A stretch of 64,000 bases of DNA from positions 1 to 64,000 of the forward strand of contig JAWODM010000041.1 in NCBI GenBank assembly GCA_046483305.1, written 5' to 3'. Position 1 is the first letter of the stretch. Each line of letters starts with the position of its first letter. Both the position numbers and the translations under genes were made by a program. The notes under the pieces are model-generated. The model made no database searches and was not told the origin of the DNA. It was given only the letters and a program-made list of their open reading frames with translations. This document shows, in pieces, positions 46,222-56,381 of the stretch. The stretch is from Candidatus Krumholzibacteriales bacterium. GTDB taxonomy: Bacteria > Krumholzibacteriota > Krumholzibacteriia > Krumholzibacteriales > WJIX01.

Positions 46222-46914
46222 ATGATTATAGCCGTTCATCAACCACTGCTGCTTCCCTGGCCCGGGCTCTTTTTCAAGGCGTTGAAAGCAGACGTGCTGG
46301 TTTTTCTCGATGATGTGCAGTTCCCCACCGGTTCGAGTTTTCTGACCAGAAACAGAATCAAGGATGAAGACGGCCCTCTCTGGCTGATCGTGCCGGTATG
46401 GAGAAAAGGCCTGGGGCTTCAGCAGATCCGTGACGTCGAAATATGTTACCAGAGGAAGTGGAGAAGAAAACACCTGACAGCAATCAGGCAGAACTATACC
46501 AACGCTCCCTACCTGGATAAGTATATGCCTGAGCTGAAAGAGACCTACAGGAGAGATCATACTCTGTTGGCCGACCTCAATCTCGAAATCATTCTCTTCC
46601 TCGCAGGAGCCCTCCATATAGATACCCCTTTCCTGCTGCAAACGGAACTGGGAGTAAAAAGCGCCGGAACAGACCTGATAATAGATATCTGCAGGGAGGC
46701 CGGAGCGGATGGCTTTCTTAACTTTCCGGCGGCGGCCGGACACCTGGATACCGAAGCCATGCGGAAAGAAGGAATAGAGTTCATACCGGCCCGTTACAGG
46801 CCGCCGGTATATCCTCAGCTTCACGGGGAATTCATATACAACCTTTCCACTCTGGACCTGCTGATGAACTGCGGGCCGGCGGGCAGAGATATCATACTTG
46901 AAGCCGGTGGCTGA
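46222..46914 (+). CDS. WbqC-like family protein
   Basis: AVHQP.LLPW.G.F.K...D..VFLDDVQF, RNRI, WLIVPV, WRRKHL, Y..APY, YPQ, NLSTLDLLMN.G; ATG at 46222 after AGGAGG. Confidence 0.92.
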   Translation: MIIAVHQPLLLPWPGLFFKALKADVLVFLDDVQFPTGSSFLTRNRIKDEDGPLWLIVPVWRKGLGLQQIRDVEICYQRKWRRKHLTAIRQNYTNAPYLDKYMPELKETYRRDHTLLADLNLEIILFLAGALHIDTPFLLQTELGVKSAGTDLIIDICREAGADGFLNFPAAAGHLDTEAMRKEGIEFIPARYRPPVYPQLHGEFIYNLSTLDLLMNCGPAGRDIILEAGG

Positions 46915-47075
46915 TATACCAGATAAAAAGCCTTTATTATACCGAATGATTACTGCCGGTAAACCATGCATTGACAATTCTTGAAAATGACAAATCCTTA
47001 AACTATTTGAAAAAGATATGATTCAAACTTATATTCCGTAAAACCGGATCATTAGATTAATCCCTGGATCAGGAG

Positions 47076-48626
47076 ATGAATATGAATCTGAACAAACCGG
47101 CAACCGGCCAGAATGGAACAGACAGGCGCTCATTCCTGATGAGAACGCTCGACAGGATAGAGAAGGTTGGAAACAGGCTTCCTCATCCCGCCACTCTTTT
47201 CGCGATATTCGCGGCTATAGTCGTAATAGTATCCGATATAGTTCACCGAAGCGGTTCGGTGGCAAAACATCCCGGCACCGGGGAGATGATACGGGGGATA
47301 TCCCTTCTCAACCCCGAGGGGCTGAGATTCATGTTTTCCAGGGCTACGGAGAACTTCGTCTACTTTCCTCCTCTGGGCATAGTGCTGGTTGCCATGATAG
47401 GTATCGGAGTGGCGGAAGGTTCCGGCCTGATCACGGCTCTTCTCAAGCACCTGGTAACTTCCGCGCCCAGGCGCCTGGTCACTGCGGCGGTAATCGCAGC
47501 CGGGGTCCTCTCCCACCTGGCCTCCAGCGCCGGATATGTGGTGCTGATCCCTCTGGGAGCGATGGTGTTCACGGCCTTCAAGAGACACCCCCTGGCCGGG
47601 ATGGCGGCCGCTTTCTGCGGAGTAAGCGGCGGGTTCGGCGCCAACTTTCTGATAGGTTCGGTGGATCCCATACTGGCCGGCCTGTCAGAGTCGGCCGCCA
47701 ACCTGATCGACGGGAGCATGCAGATCAATCCAGCGGTCAACTTCTACTTCATGCTCGCGTCCGCTTTCATGATCGTAATAGTGGGAACCTGGGTCACAGA
47801 GAAATTCGTGGAGCCGCGGCTGGGGGATTACGGCGGAGAAACGGAAGATTTCGAACAAATAGAGGACCGGGAAAAGAAAGGCCTGTTCTGGGCCGGCATC
47901 TCCGTTGCGGTGGTGCTGGGAGCCCTCCTGCTTATGATAATTCCCGAGAACGGGGTTCTGCGCAATCCCGAAACAGGCTCGATACTCCATTCACCTTTCA
48001 TGGACGGCCTGATCACGGCTATAATGATTTTCTTCCTGATCCCGGGCCTGGCCTACGGAATAACTGTTGGAACCATCAGAAGCGACAAGGATGTAATCAA
48101 GCAGATGACCAAATCGATGAAGGGCCTGGCGGGATATATAGTACTTGTATTCTTCGCCGGCCAGTTTGTCTACTACTTCAAGGAGAGCAATATCGGGGTC
48201 CTGCTTGCGATCAACGGCGCTCAGATCCTGAAGAATGTCGGGTTTACCGGTATCCCCCTGCTTATATCCTTTGTGGTGGTATCGGCGTTCATAAACCTGT
48301 TCATGGGGAGCGCCTCCGCCAAGTGGGCTATCATGGCGCCGATATTCGTTCCGATGTTCATGCTGCTGGGGTACCATCCGGGTATTACCCAGGCAGCTTT
48401 CCGAATCGGTGACTCTATTACCAATATTATTACCCCCATGATGAGCTACTTCGCTCTGATTGTCGCGTTCGCCCAGAAATACAACGAGCGATACGGGATA
48501 GGAACCATTATCGCCACCATGCTGCCCTACTCCGTCGCTTTCGGCATATTCTGGATAATACTCCTGGCCGCCTGGATGCTTCTCGGCCTTCCCACCGGCC
48601 CGGACGCCCCCCTTCACATCCCATGA
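47076..48626 (+). CDS. abgT: AbgT-family transporter
   Basis: IEKVGNRLPHP, RHPLAG, GVSGGFGAN, VTEKFVEPRLG, SASAKW, RIGDS.TN.ITP. Confidence 0.93.
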   Translation: MNMNLNKPATGQNGTDRRSFLMRTLDRIEKVGNRLPHPATLFAIFAAIVVIVSDIVHRSGSVAKHPGTGEMIRGISLLNPEGLRFMFSRATENFVYFPPLGIVLVAMIGIGVAEGSGLITALLKHLVTSAPRRLVTAAVIAAGVLSHLASSAGYVVLIPLGAMVFTAFKRHPLAGMAAAFCGVSGGFGANFLIGSVDPILAGLSESAANLIDGSMQINPAVNFYFMLASAFMIVIVGTWVTEKFVEPRLGDYGGETEDFEQIEDREKKGLFWAGISVAVVLGALLLMIIPENGVLRNPETGSILHSPFMDGLITAIMIFFLIPGLAYGITVGTIRSDKDVIKQMTKSMKGLAGYIVLVFFAGQFVYYFKESNIGVLLAINGAQILKNVGFTGIPLLISFVVVSAFINLFMGSASAKWAIMAPIFVPMFMLLGYHPGITQAAFRIGDSITNIITPMMSYFALIVAFAQKYNERYGIGTIIATMLPYSVAFGIFWIILLAAWMLLGLPTGPDAPLHIP

Positions 48627-48718
48627 TGAGAGAAGAAGCTGAATCCTGACAATATGCCAGCAAAATTTAACCTTGATATTTTAAACAGCCCTCCTATATA
48701 TTAAACCAACACATATTT

Positions 48719-48732
48719 TGAATACATATTCA
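48719..48732. promoter_or_regulatory. Probable TetR operator
   Basis: Palindrome TGAATA-CA-TATTCA between a TTGATA/TATATT promoter and the TetR start. Confidence 0.6.
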
Positions 48733-48769
48733 TTATTTATAATCAGAATTCACAAGAGGAAATCACAGA

Positions 48770-49369
48770 GTGAAGAAAGAAAGAATTCCGAGGAAAGAGA
48801 GAGAAAAAAAGAGGCTGCGTGAGGAGATCCTGATTACCGCTTCCGAACTGTTCTCAAATCTGAGTTATGAAAAAACCACTGTTCAGCAGATCGCCGAAAG
48901 CGCCGAAGTGTCGGTGGGAACTATTTATAACCTGTTCGACAGCAAGGAAGCCATATTCCTGGATCTGATAAATCTGATAATCGAAGATCTGGACCGCGAA
49001 ATCCGGGAAGCATCCAACAGGAATGAGGGCCCGGTAGACAAGATACGCTCATTTTTCAGGACATACCTTCATTTCTGTGATAAACACCTCAACGCCATGA
49101 TAGTGATTCATCTTGAGAACCCGCATAAGATGCATGGGATCATAAACAATTTCTTCAATAAGCAACTCTCCCTGCTGGAGAGGTATTTTTCCATGGCTAT
49201 CGAGAAAGAGGAACTTGTCTGGGACAACCCCCGCCTTCTCTCGGTGATCACCATAGGATATATTCATTCATACGCTCATATACTGGCCACTGAAAAAGAT
49301 GCGGAAATGAAGGATGATCTGATAAGTATATTTGAACGCACCATTCTCCAGCCGTCACATCAGGGATAA
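48770..49369 (+). CDS. TetR/AcrR-family regulator
   Basis: EEILITASELF...TTVQQIAESAEVSVGTIYNLFDSKE. Confidence 0.95.
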   Translation: MKKERIPRKEREKKRLREEILITASELFSNLSYEKTTVQQIAESAEVSVGTIYNLFDSKEAIFLDLINLIIEDLDREIREASNRNEGPVDKIRSFFRTYLHFCDKHLNAMIVIHLENPHKMHGIINNFFNKQLSLLERYFSMAIEKEELVWDNPRLLSVITIGYIHSYAHILATEKDAEMKDDLISIFERTILQPSHQG

Positions 49370-49398
49370 TGAATGAAATGATCGGAGGACCAGAGAAC

Positions 49399-50796
49399 AT
49401 GAAATTATTCAGAAAAAGCCTTGTAATCAAGGCCGCAGCGATTGCGGCGGCAGTGATCATTACCGGACCGGCAGAAACTGCTGAAAATGATTCTGCCGGG
49501 CAGGGCAAACCGTTGGAACTATCCGTTTCAAAAGCGGTTCAGCTGGGGCTTGAATCGAACGAACAGCTCAAGCAGGCGGAAGAGGGCATAGAGAAAGCGA
49601 AGGCGGGAATAACCGAAGCCAAGGCGGCGGCCTTCCCCAAACTGAACCTGAACGGCCAATACGGAAGGAATATCAGGAAACCGGTTCTGTTTCTGCCCCC
49701 TGAGTTCGGGCAGGCTTTCGGTATGACCTCATCCTTCGTAGAGATCGGAGAGGACAATGATTTCTCGGGGCAGGCCATCCTGGAAATGCCGCTCTGGACA
49801 GTGGGAAGGCTGGGCGCTGCCATAAACATAGCGCAGAGCTATCTAAAAGCATACAACGACCGGGAGGCCGCAGCCAGGAATTACGCCGTATACCTGGTTA
49901 AAGAGGCTTATTATTCAGCCCTCCTGGCCAAACAGAACCTGAATATAGCGGAACAGGCTCTGAAGGCAACGCAGGAATCGGCAAGAATAGCCAGAGCGGG
50001 TCACGAGGAGGGAACGGTCAGCAGGTTCGACCTTCTGAGAGCCGAAGTGGAACTTTCCAACCGCCAGTCCCCTCTGGTAAAAGCAAGGAATGACCTTAAT
50101 AAGAGTTACATACTGCTGCGGAGAAGATGCGGCCTTGAGCCGGGAACCCCGCTGGAGCTTACAGATAAGCTGGTACCTGTTGATATTCCAGAAGATACCG
50201 AAGCGCTGCTATCGAGAATGCGTGAAGTAAACCCGGAAATCGGGGCTCTTCAATCCCAGGTCAGGATGCAGGCGGAGAATCTCAGTCTTCAGAAGGCGGA
50301 AAGATATCCGATATTCAACCTCACTGCCTACTATGCTTTGCAGTCCCAGTGGTCAAACGATTTCATTCCGGAAGAGGAAATGGTCGCGAAAACCGCGGCG
50401 GTCCAGATAGGAGTCCAGATTCCCATCTTTGACGGGTTCGCCGCAAAGGGGAAAATCAGAAAAGCCAGAGCTGACCTCAGGACCGCAAAAATAGATCTTA
50501 ACAGTAACCTCAGGGATAAAGAGGTGGCGGTGAGAACAACCCGCCTGGCTCTTATCGACGCGATAACCTCCCTGGAGGGGAGGCGGGAGGCAGTGGAACT
50601 TGCTGAAGAGGCCCACCGGATTGCGCTGGTGAAGTTAAAAAACGGGCTGGCCACTCCCCTGGAACGCCTGGACGCCGAATTGGCCATGACCACCGCCCGG
50701 GCCCAGCTGGCGGAGGTTCTTTACTCATGCAATATTGCCAGGGCCCAGCTTGAACTGGCCATAGGAATCGATACGGCTGACAATATTGAAGATTAG
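49399..50796 (+). CDS. TolC-family outer membrane efflux protein
   Basis: Signal peptide; two OEP repeats (FPKLNL, IPIFDG). Confidence 0.92.
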   Translation: MKLFRKSLVIKAAAIAAAVIITGPAETAENDSAGQGKPLELSVSKAVQLGLESNEQLKQAEEGIEKAKAGITEAKAAAFPKLNLNGQYGRNIRKPVLFLPPEFGQAFGMTSSFVEIGEDNDFSGQAILEMPLWTVGRLGAAINIAQSYLKAYNDREAAARNYAVYLVKEAYYSALLAKQNLNIAEQALKATQESARIARAGHEEGTVSRFDLLRAEVELSNRQSPLVKARNDLNKSYILLRRRCGLEPGTPLELTDKLVPVDIPEDTEALLSRMREVNPEIGALQSQVRMQAENLSLQKAERYPIFNLTAYYALQSQWSNDFIPEEEMVAKTAAVQIGVQIPIFDGFAAKGKIRKARADLRTAKIDLNSNLRDKEVAVRTTRLALIDAITSLEGRREAVELAEEAHRIALVKLKNGLATPLERLDAELAMTTARAQLAEVLYSCNIARAQLELAIGIDTADNIED

Positions 50797-50814
50797 TACA
50801 GAAGGAGCTGAGAG

Positions 50815-51918
50815 ATGAAAAAGGAGACAGGAACCAGAAGCAGAAAAGGCACCTTGATAACAGTTATTATCATTGCGGTAGTGGCGGTGGCTTTTGCGGC
50901 CCGATTCATAAGTCTGCGTGATCAGGGCACGGTGGCGAGTATCGATTCGGTGCAGAAGAAAGAGGGAAAACCGGTAGAGCTGGTAAAAGTGGAAAGGGGT
51001 GAGATAAACCGGTGGATCACACTCGCTGGTACCGTGGAAGGGCTTAACCAGTACCCCATTATCTCAACCAACACCATACAGATAAAAGATGTCCTGAAAT
51101 CCGAGGGCAGCCTGGTCGAACCCGGAGATGTAATTATCCGGCTGATAAAGGAAGCCCCAAATCCGATGCTTCACTCTTACAAAAGGGCCAGGGCGGTTTA
51201 CGAAGATGCCGGGAAGGACCTTCAGAGAATGAAGAACCTTTACCGGGAGGGCGCTGTCTCCAAACAGGCCCTGGACAAGGCTGAGCTGAATTTCAGCGTC
51301 GCCGGGACAAATCTGATCAACGCCTCGGAGGGCATTAACCTCAAAACCAGCACCCGGGGAATAGTCACCAGCATCCTGGTCGAGGAAGGCGAGATGGCCA
51401 ATGCCGGAGCGCCCCTGGCCTGGATAGCCAACACCGACACTGTGAAAATAGTTTTTCACGCGGGAAGCAGGCAGGCGCTGGACCTGGATATCGGGCAGGC
51501 CGCTGTATGGAAGTCGGAATTGACCGGAAAGAGCGGCAGGGGCAGAATCAGCAAGCTGGCTGTTTCCGCGGATCCGAGGACCCATCTGCTTGAAGGCGAA
51601 GCATTGTTTCCCAATCAAGAAGGAGAGCTGGTACCGGGGTTACTGGTCTCCTTTGACGTAAATGTAGCGAACAACAGCGGGGCTCTGACAATTCCGAACG
51701 AGAGCATGATCAAAACCGATGGCACCTACCGGGTTTTCGTGGCCGAGGAAACGGAACAGGGTTACCGGGCCGAACAGCGCATTATTGAAACCGGCGTAAG
51801 GACAACAGACAGAACGGAAGTTACTTCCGGGCTATCAGCCGGAGAGATGGTAGTAAAATTCGGATGGAGCAAACTGCAGGACGGCGACCTGATCAAGCCG
51901 GTAAAGGGGGGCAATTAA
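50815..51918 (+). CDS. RND efflux periplasmic adaptor (MFP)
   Basis: N-terminal TM segment, lipoyl halves, hairpin, GLSAGEMVV. Confidence 0.92.
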   Translation: MKKETGTRSRKGTLITVIIIAVVAVAFAARFISLRDQGTVASIDSVQKKEGKPVELVKVERGEINRWITLAGTVEGLNQYPIISTNTIQIKDVLKSEGSLVEPGDVIIRLIKEAPNPMLHSYKRARAVYEDAGKDLQRMKNLYREGAVSKQALDKAELNFSVAGTNLINASEGINLKTSTRGIVTSILVEEGEMANAGAPLAWIANTDTVKIVFHAGSRQALDLDIGQAAVWKSELTGKSGRGRISKLAVSADPRTHLLEGEALFPNQEGELVPGLLVSFDVNVANNSGALTIPNESMIKTDGTYRVFVAEETEQGYRAEQRIIETGVRTTDRTEVTSGLSAGEMVVKFGWSKLQDGDLIKPVKGGN

Positions 51919-51919
51919 T

Positions 51920-54900
51920 ATGAACCTCTTTCGGATATTCATCAGAAAACCGGTTCTGACAACCATGATCCTGGTTGCCCTGCTGGTTCTGGGCATTAAT
52001 TCATACCGGGGCATGATCGTGGAGATGATGCCTCAGATAGACCTTCCCTTTGTAGTGGTAACAACGGTTTATCCCGGAGCATCCCCCGCAGAGATAGAGA
52101 GCCAGGTAACCAAGAAGATCGAGGATGAGATTGCCACTATCGCGAACGTAAAAAGGATAGAATCGACCTCCATGGAGAACATGTCTCAGATCGTGGTGGA
52201 GTTTGAACTGGAGACCGATGTAGACCTGGATGCCATCGACGTGAAGGACAAGGTGGAAGCTATCCTGTCAGAACTCCCTGAGGATACGGAAAGGCCTATC
52301 ATACAGAAATGGGATATCAACGCAATCCCTATAATTGAGATAGCGGTCTCAGCGCCACGCCCCCTTCAGGAAGTCTACCGTATCGCCGACCGGGTTATAA
52401 AAGAACGCCTCAGCCGGATCGGGGGCGTCGGCGAGGTGGAAATTACCGGAAAGAGAGAACGGCAGATCAGGGTGGAAGTTCAGCAGGAGCGTCTTCGCGG
52501 CTACGGGCTGAGCCTTCTCGATATAGTGGGGGTGGTATCCGCGGGAAATCTCAACGTGCCGGCCGGCCATATAACCAGGGGCGCTTCGGAGACAACCATA
52601 AGAATGGTCGGAGAGGTCAACGATCCGGCCGAACTCGCCGCTTTCAGGATCCCCCTGCCGCGGGGCGGCACCATACCGCTGTCCGAAGTCGCCGACATCA
52701 GAGACACCACCGAGGAGCTGCGAGAATATTCTTCCTATAACGGACAGCCGGTTATAGGACTTTCGGTAATAAAGCGCTCGGACGGAAACACGGTGAGTAT
52801 CGGCAACGGTATCCACAACGCGCTGGAGGAGCTCCGGGCAAAACTCGATCCGGATATTTCCATCGATATATCCCAGGATTCGTCCACTTTCATCATCGAC
52901 GCGGTAAATGACGTTCTGCAGAATATCGGGCTGGGTATACTTCTTACCTCCATACTCCTCCTGATCTTCCTCCATAACTGGAGGCAGATGATTGTGGCGG
53001 CGCTGTCGATGCCCACATCGGTAATTGCCACCTTCCTGCTTATAGAAGCCGGAGGGTTTACCGTGAATATCATGACCCTGATGGCGCTGGGTATCTCCAT
53101 CGGAACCCTGGTAACCAACTCGATTCTTATAATTGAAAACATCACCAGGTTCGTAAGGGAGGGGATGGACCCGTTCGAAGCGGCGGAGAAGGGCACCTCG
53201 GAGGTAGCGGTGGCCGTTATCGCCGCCACCCTGACCAACATAGTGGTTTTCACCCCGATAGCTTTCATGAGCGGTATCATAGGACGCTTCTTTATCCAGT
53301 TCGGCCTTACCGTGGTATTCGCCACTATATTCTCCCTTGTAATCGGATTTACCATGGTGCCGATGCTTTCCGCCAGGATTCTCAAGCCCAGGAAAGAGCA
53401 GGCGGCTGAGGAGCCCGGATGGTGGAAGGAACTGACAAAGAAATGGGATCAGTTCTACGTGAACCTTTCAAACGGTTACCGTAACCTTCTGGACGGCGCT
53501 CTCAGCCATAAATGGATACCGCTGCTTTCGGCCGCGGCGGCATTTATATTCGCCATATTCCTCATAACCACCATTGGGGGAGAGTTCATGCCCCTTATCG
53601 ATCAGAACTTTTTCATTGTGCAGGTGGAGTTTCCCGCCGGCACTTCTCTGGAACGAACCCTTGAGCAAACCAGCCGGATCGAGAAAATACTGCAGAAGAG
53701 AAGCGAAATAAGGGGAACCCTGGTAAAGATAGGGGGAGGCCAGAGGGGCGTGGAAGATGCCGATATAACCGCTCTGCTGGTAGAGGGCAGCAAGCGGGAA
53801 ACCGGCCTCAAGGAGCTCATGAATATAGTACGGCCCCAGCTGGCGGGCATACCGGACGCAAAAATTCAGCTGGTCACCGAGGGCGAGGGAGGAGGAAGCG
53901 AAGCGGACCTTCTGATAGAGGTACTTTCCAATGACCCTGACGATCTGATGTCGGCGAGTCAAACCGTTCTGGGGATAGCCCGGAATACTCCCGGACTGGT
54001 TGAGGTCAGTTCCAGTAACGAAACCGGAAAACCTGAAATCATTCTGTCGCCGATCCGTTACCAGCTTGCCGAGCACGGCCTCAACGCCAGCACCCTGGGA
54101 ATGACCATGAGAACCGCTTTTGCGGGAACCGAGGCGGGAGTATACCGCGAGGAAGGCGAAGAGTACGATGTTATAGTTCAGTACCCTGAAGAGAACAGGA
54201 AAGATCCGGCCTATCTGTCCGATATGCCTATACCTACTCGGGCAGGGGTAAACCTCCCCCTTTCAGACCTGGGAATGCTGAGAAGGAGTATGGGAGCGGC
54301 ACAGATACTTCACCGGGACAAACAGAGGGTTGTTCAGATAACCGGAAATATATCTACCGGTTCCCTCAGCGAAGTCCGCGCCATCATAGACAGCAGGCTC
54401 GCGGAGGCGGAGATCCCTGAGGACGTTACCGTCCAGTACGGAGGCATGGCCGAGATCCAGGATGAATCGTTCAGGTCAATATTTGAGGCGATGATCCTGG
54501 CTATTATTCTTATTTATATAGTGATGGCCGCAATTCTGGAGAGTTTCATACATCCCATAACGGTAATGGTGACACTCCCGCTTGCCCTTATTGGAGTATC
54601 GGTGGGGCTGTTCTTCTTCGGGCAGACCATTAATATCCTCAGTCTGATGTCCATGGTGATGCTTATCGGGATTGTGGTTAACAACGCCATACTGATGCTC
54701 GACTACACCGCCCAGCTGAGGGGCAGGGGAATGGGAATCAGAGAAGCCCTCCTGGAAGCCTGCCCGGTCAGGTTGAGACCTATCATCATGGCCAACCTGG
54801 CTATCGCGGTGGGTATGATACCCCAGGTGATGGCTGGAGCGGGAGCTGAATACCGGGTGCCCATGGCGGCGGCGCAGATAGGCGGGGTGCTGATATCGGC

Positions 54901-54973
54901 AATTTTTACCCTGTTCGTGATTCCGACTGTCTATATGATGATGGACCGGCTGCGGTTCCGGAAGAACAAATAA
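51920..54973 (+). CDS. RND efflux permease (AcrB/AcrD/AcrF family)
   Basis: FIRKPV, YPGASP, IENI, GIVVNNAIL, RLRPIIM; 1017 aa. Confidence 0.95.
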   Translation: MNLFRIFIRKPVLTTMILVALLVLGINSYRGMIVEMMPQIDLPFVVVTTVYPGASPAEIESQVTKKIEDEIATIANVKRIESTSMENMSQIVVEFELETDVDLDAIDVKDKVEAILSELPEDTERPIIQKWDINAIPIIEIAVSAPRPLQEVYRIADRVIKERLSRIGGVGEVEITGKRERQIRVEVQQERLRGYGLSLLDIVGVVSAGNLNVPAGHITRGASETTIRMVGEVNDPAELAAFRIPLPRGGTIPLSEVADIRDTTEELREYSSYNGQPVIGLSVIKRSDGNTVSIGNGIHNALEELRAKLDPDISIDISQDSSTFIIDAVNDVLQNIGLGILLTSILLLIFLHNWRQMIVAALSMPTSVIATFLLIEAGGFTVNIMTLMALGISIGTLVTNSILIIENITRFVREGMDPFEAAEKGTSEVAVAVIAATLTNIVVFTPIAFMSGIIGRFFIQFGLTVVFATIFSLVIGFTMVPMLSARILKPRKEQAAEEPGWWKELTKKWDQFYVNLSNGYRNLLDGALSHKWIPLLSAAAAFIFAIFLITTIGGEFMPLIDQNFFIVQVEFPAGTSLERTLEQTSRIEKILQKRSEIRGTLVKIGGGQRGVEDADITALLVEGSKRETGLKELMNIVRPQLAGIPDAKIQLVTEGEGGGSEADLLIEVLSNDPDDLMSASQTVLGIARNTPGLVEVSSSNETGKPEIILSPIRYQLAEHGLNASTLGMTMRTAFAGTEAGVYREEGEEYDVIVQYPEENRKDPAYLSDMPIPTRAGVNLPLSDLGMLRRSMGAAQILHRDKQRVVQITGNISTGSLSEVRAIIDSRLAEAEIPEDVTVQYGGMAEIQDESFRSIFEAMILAIILIYIVMAAILESFIHPITVMVTLPLALIGVSVGLFFFGQTINILSLMSMVMLIGIVVNNAILMLDYTAQLRGRGMGIREALLEACPVRLRPIIMANLAIAVGMIPQVMAGAGAEYRVPMAAAQIGGVLISAIFTLFVIPTVYMMMDRLRFRKNK

Positions 54974-55019
54974 CTCGACGGCCGGCGTCAGACGTCAGTG
55001 TTTTAGAGACGGTTGGCAA

Positions 55020-56381
55020 TCAACTGTCCTGATCAATTATTCTGTTGATACGTTTGCGTGATATCCCCAGCTCTTCGGCCGCCCTGTCCCTGTCCCCTTC
55101 GAAGTAATCGACGGTCTTTCTAACCTGATCTTCTATCACTTCATCAAGCTTCCGCAGTTTAAACGACTTCCCCTTCTTCCTCTCCCTGATCCTGCTGATC
55201 CCCCCTACCGTTCTGGGCAATGATTCCGGGGTAACCAGTTCCCCTTCCGCCTTGGTCACAGCGCTGGCCACGATGGTTCTCAATTCCTGTACATTGTTGG
55301 GATAATCATAATCTTCGAGTAATTCCAACGCTTCCTCGGAGAACCCCCTGATTTTCTTGCCGGCTTTCTCAGTTTCTTTCTTGAGGAAGTGCTCTGCCAG
55401 CAGAGGTATATCCACAACCCTCTCCCTCAGAGGCGGAATTCTTATGGAATTTATCATCAGATGATATAGAAGGTCCCTGCTGAAGCAGTCCTCGTACTCG
55501 GGAGCGGTAAGGTCCCTGGTAGAGGAGACTATTATTCTTACATCCGCCTCTCTGATCCTCGCAGAGCTTTCCCTGTAATATTCCCTGGTTTGAATAAGCC
55601 TCTTGAGCCTGGTCTGCATTGGATAATTAAAATGTTCTATGTTATTTAGAAACAGAGTCCCCTCATCAGCTTCCTCTACAAATCCCGGTTTTTCCTCTCT
55701 GGTACCTCCCCAGCTTCGGACCTGCCCGAAAACAAAAGCCGGAAGCTGATCCGCTTCGAAGTTGTTGGCTTCAACAGCTATAAAAGGCTCTGTGCTTCTG
55801 GGGCTGGCATTATGGATCGCCCTGGCCAGAGCCTCCTTGCCGGTGCCGCTCTCGCCCCAGATAAACAGGCTGAGGTCGCTGGAGGCCAGCTTCTCCGCCT
55901 GATGAAACATCCTTATCATTTCGGGGTCCTTTGAGGGCAGATATTCGAAGGCGTCCACATTCACCAGTTCCCTGCGGGAAAGCTCGGAGGGAAGCTCATC
56001 TATACTCCGGTGGAGGCTCCGGTGTTCGAGGGCGTCATCTATTATCTCAAGAAGCTTATCCTCATCCACCGGTTTGATAAGATAATCAAAAACTCCCAGC
56101 TTCATCGATTTTACAGCCAGGTCAATATCATTCACTCCGGTCAGAACTATCACCGGGATATCTATGTTATTCTTTTTCATCGCGTTAAGAATATCCATTC
56201 CGGACACATTGGGCATATCCATATCCAGGAGTATAACGTCGAAATTATTATTCCTCAGAAGATCCATTACTCTCCTGGAATCGTTAACCACGGTGCTTTC
56301 AAAGCGGCCGGTCTGGGCTATGAAAACCTTGAAATAGTTAGTCACCGCGACATCGTCGTCAACAATCAGGATATGCTTCAT
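55020..56381 (-). CDS. NtrC-like response regulator with a degenerate sigma54-interaction domain
   Basis: Receiver domain (VDDD, LLDMDMP, KP), GESGTGKE, HTH; GAFTGA replaced by RSWGGT; Walker B LFLNNIE. Confidence 0.9.
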   Translation of the reverse strand: MKHILIVDDDVAVTNYFKVFIAQTGRFESTVVNDSRRVMDLLRNNNFDVILLDMDMPNVSGMDILNAMKKNNIDIPVIVLTGVNDIDLAVKSMKLGVFDYLIKPVDEDKLLEIIDDALEHRSLHRSIDELPSELSRRELVNVDAFEYLPSKDPEMIRMFHQAEKLASSDLSLFIWGESGTGKEALARAIHNASPRSTEPFIAVEANNFEADQLPAFVFGQVRSWGGTREEKPGFVEEADEGTLFLNNIEHFNYPMQTRLKRLIQTREYYRESSARIREADVRIIVSSTRDLTAPEYEDCFSRDLLYHLMINSIRIPPLRERVVDIPLLAEHFLKKETEKAGKKIRGFSEEALELLEDYDYPNNVQELRTIVASAVTKAEGELVTPESLPRTVGGISRIRERKKGKSFKLRKLDEVIEDQVRKTVDYFEGDRDRAAEELGISRKRINRIIDQDS

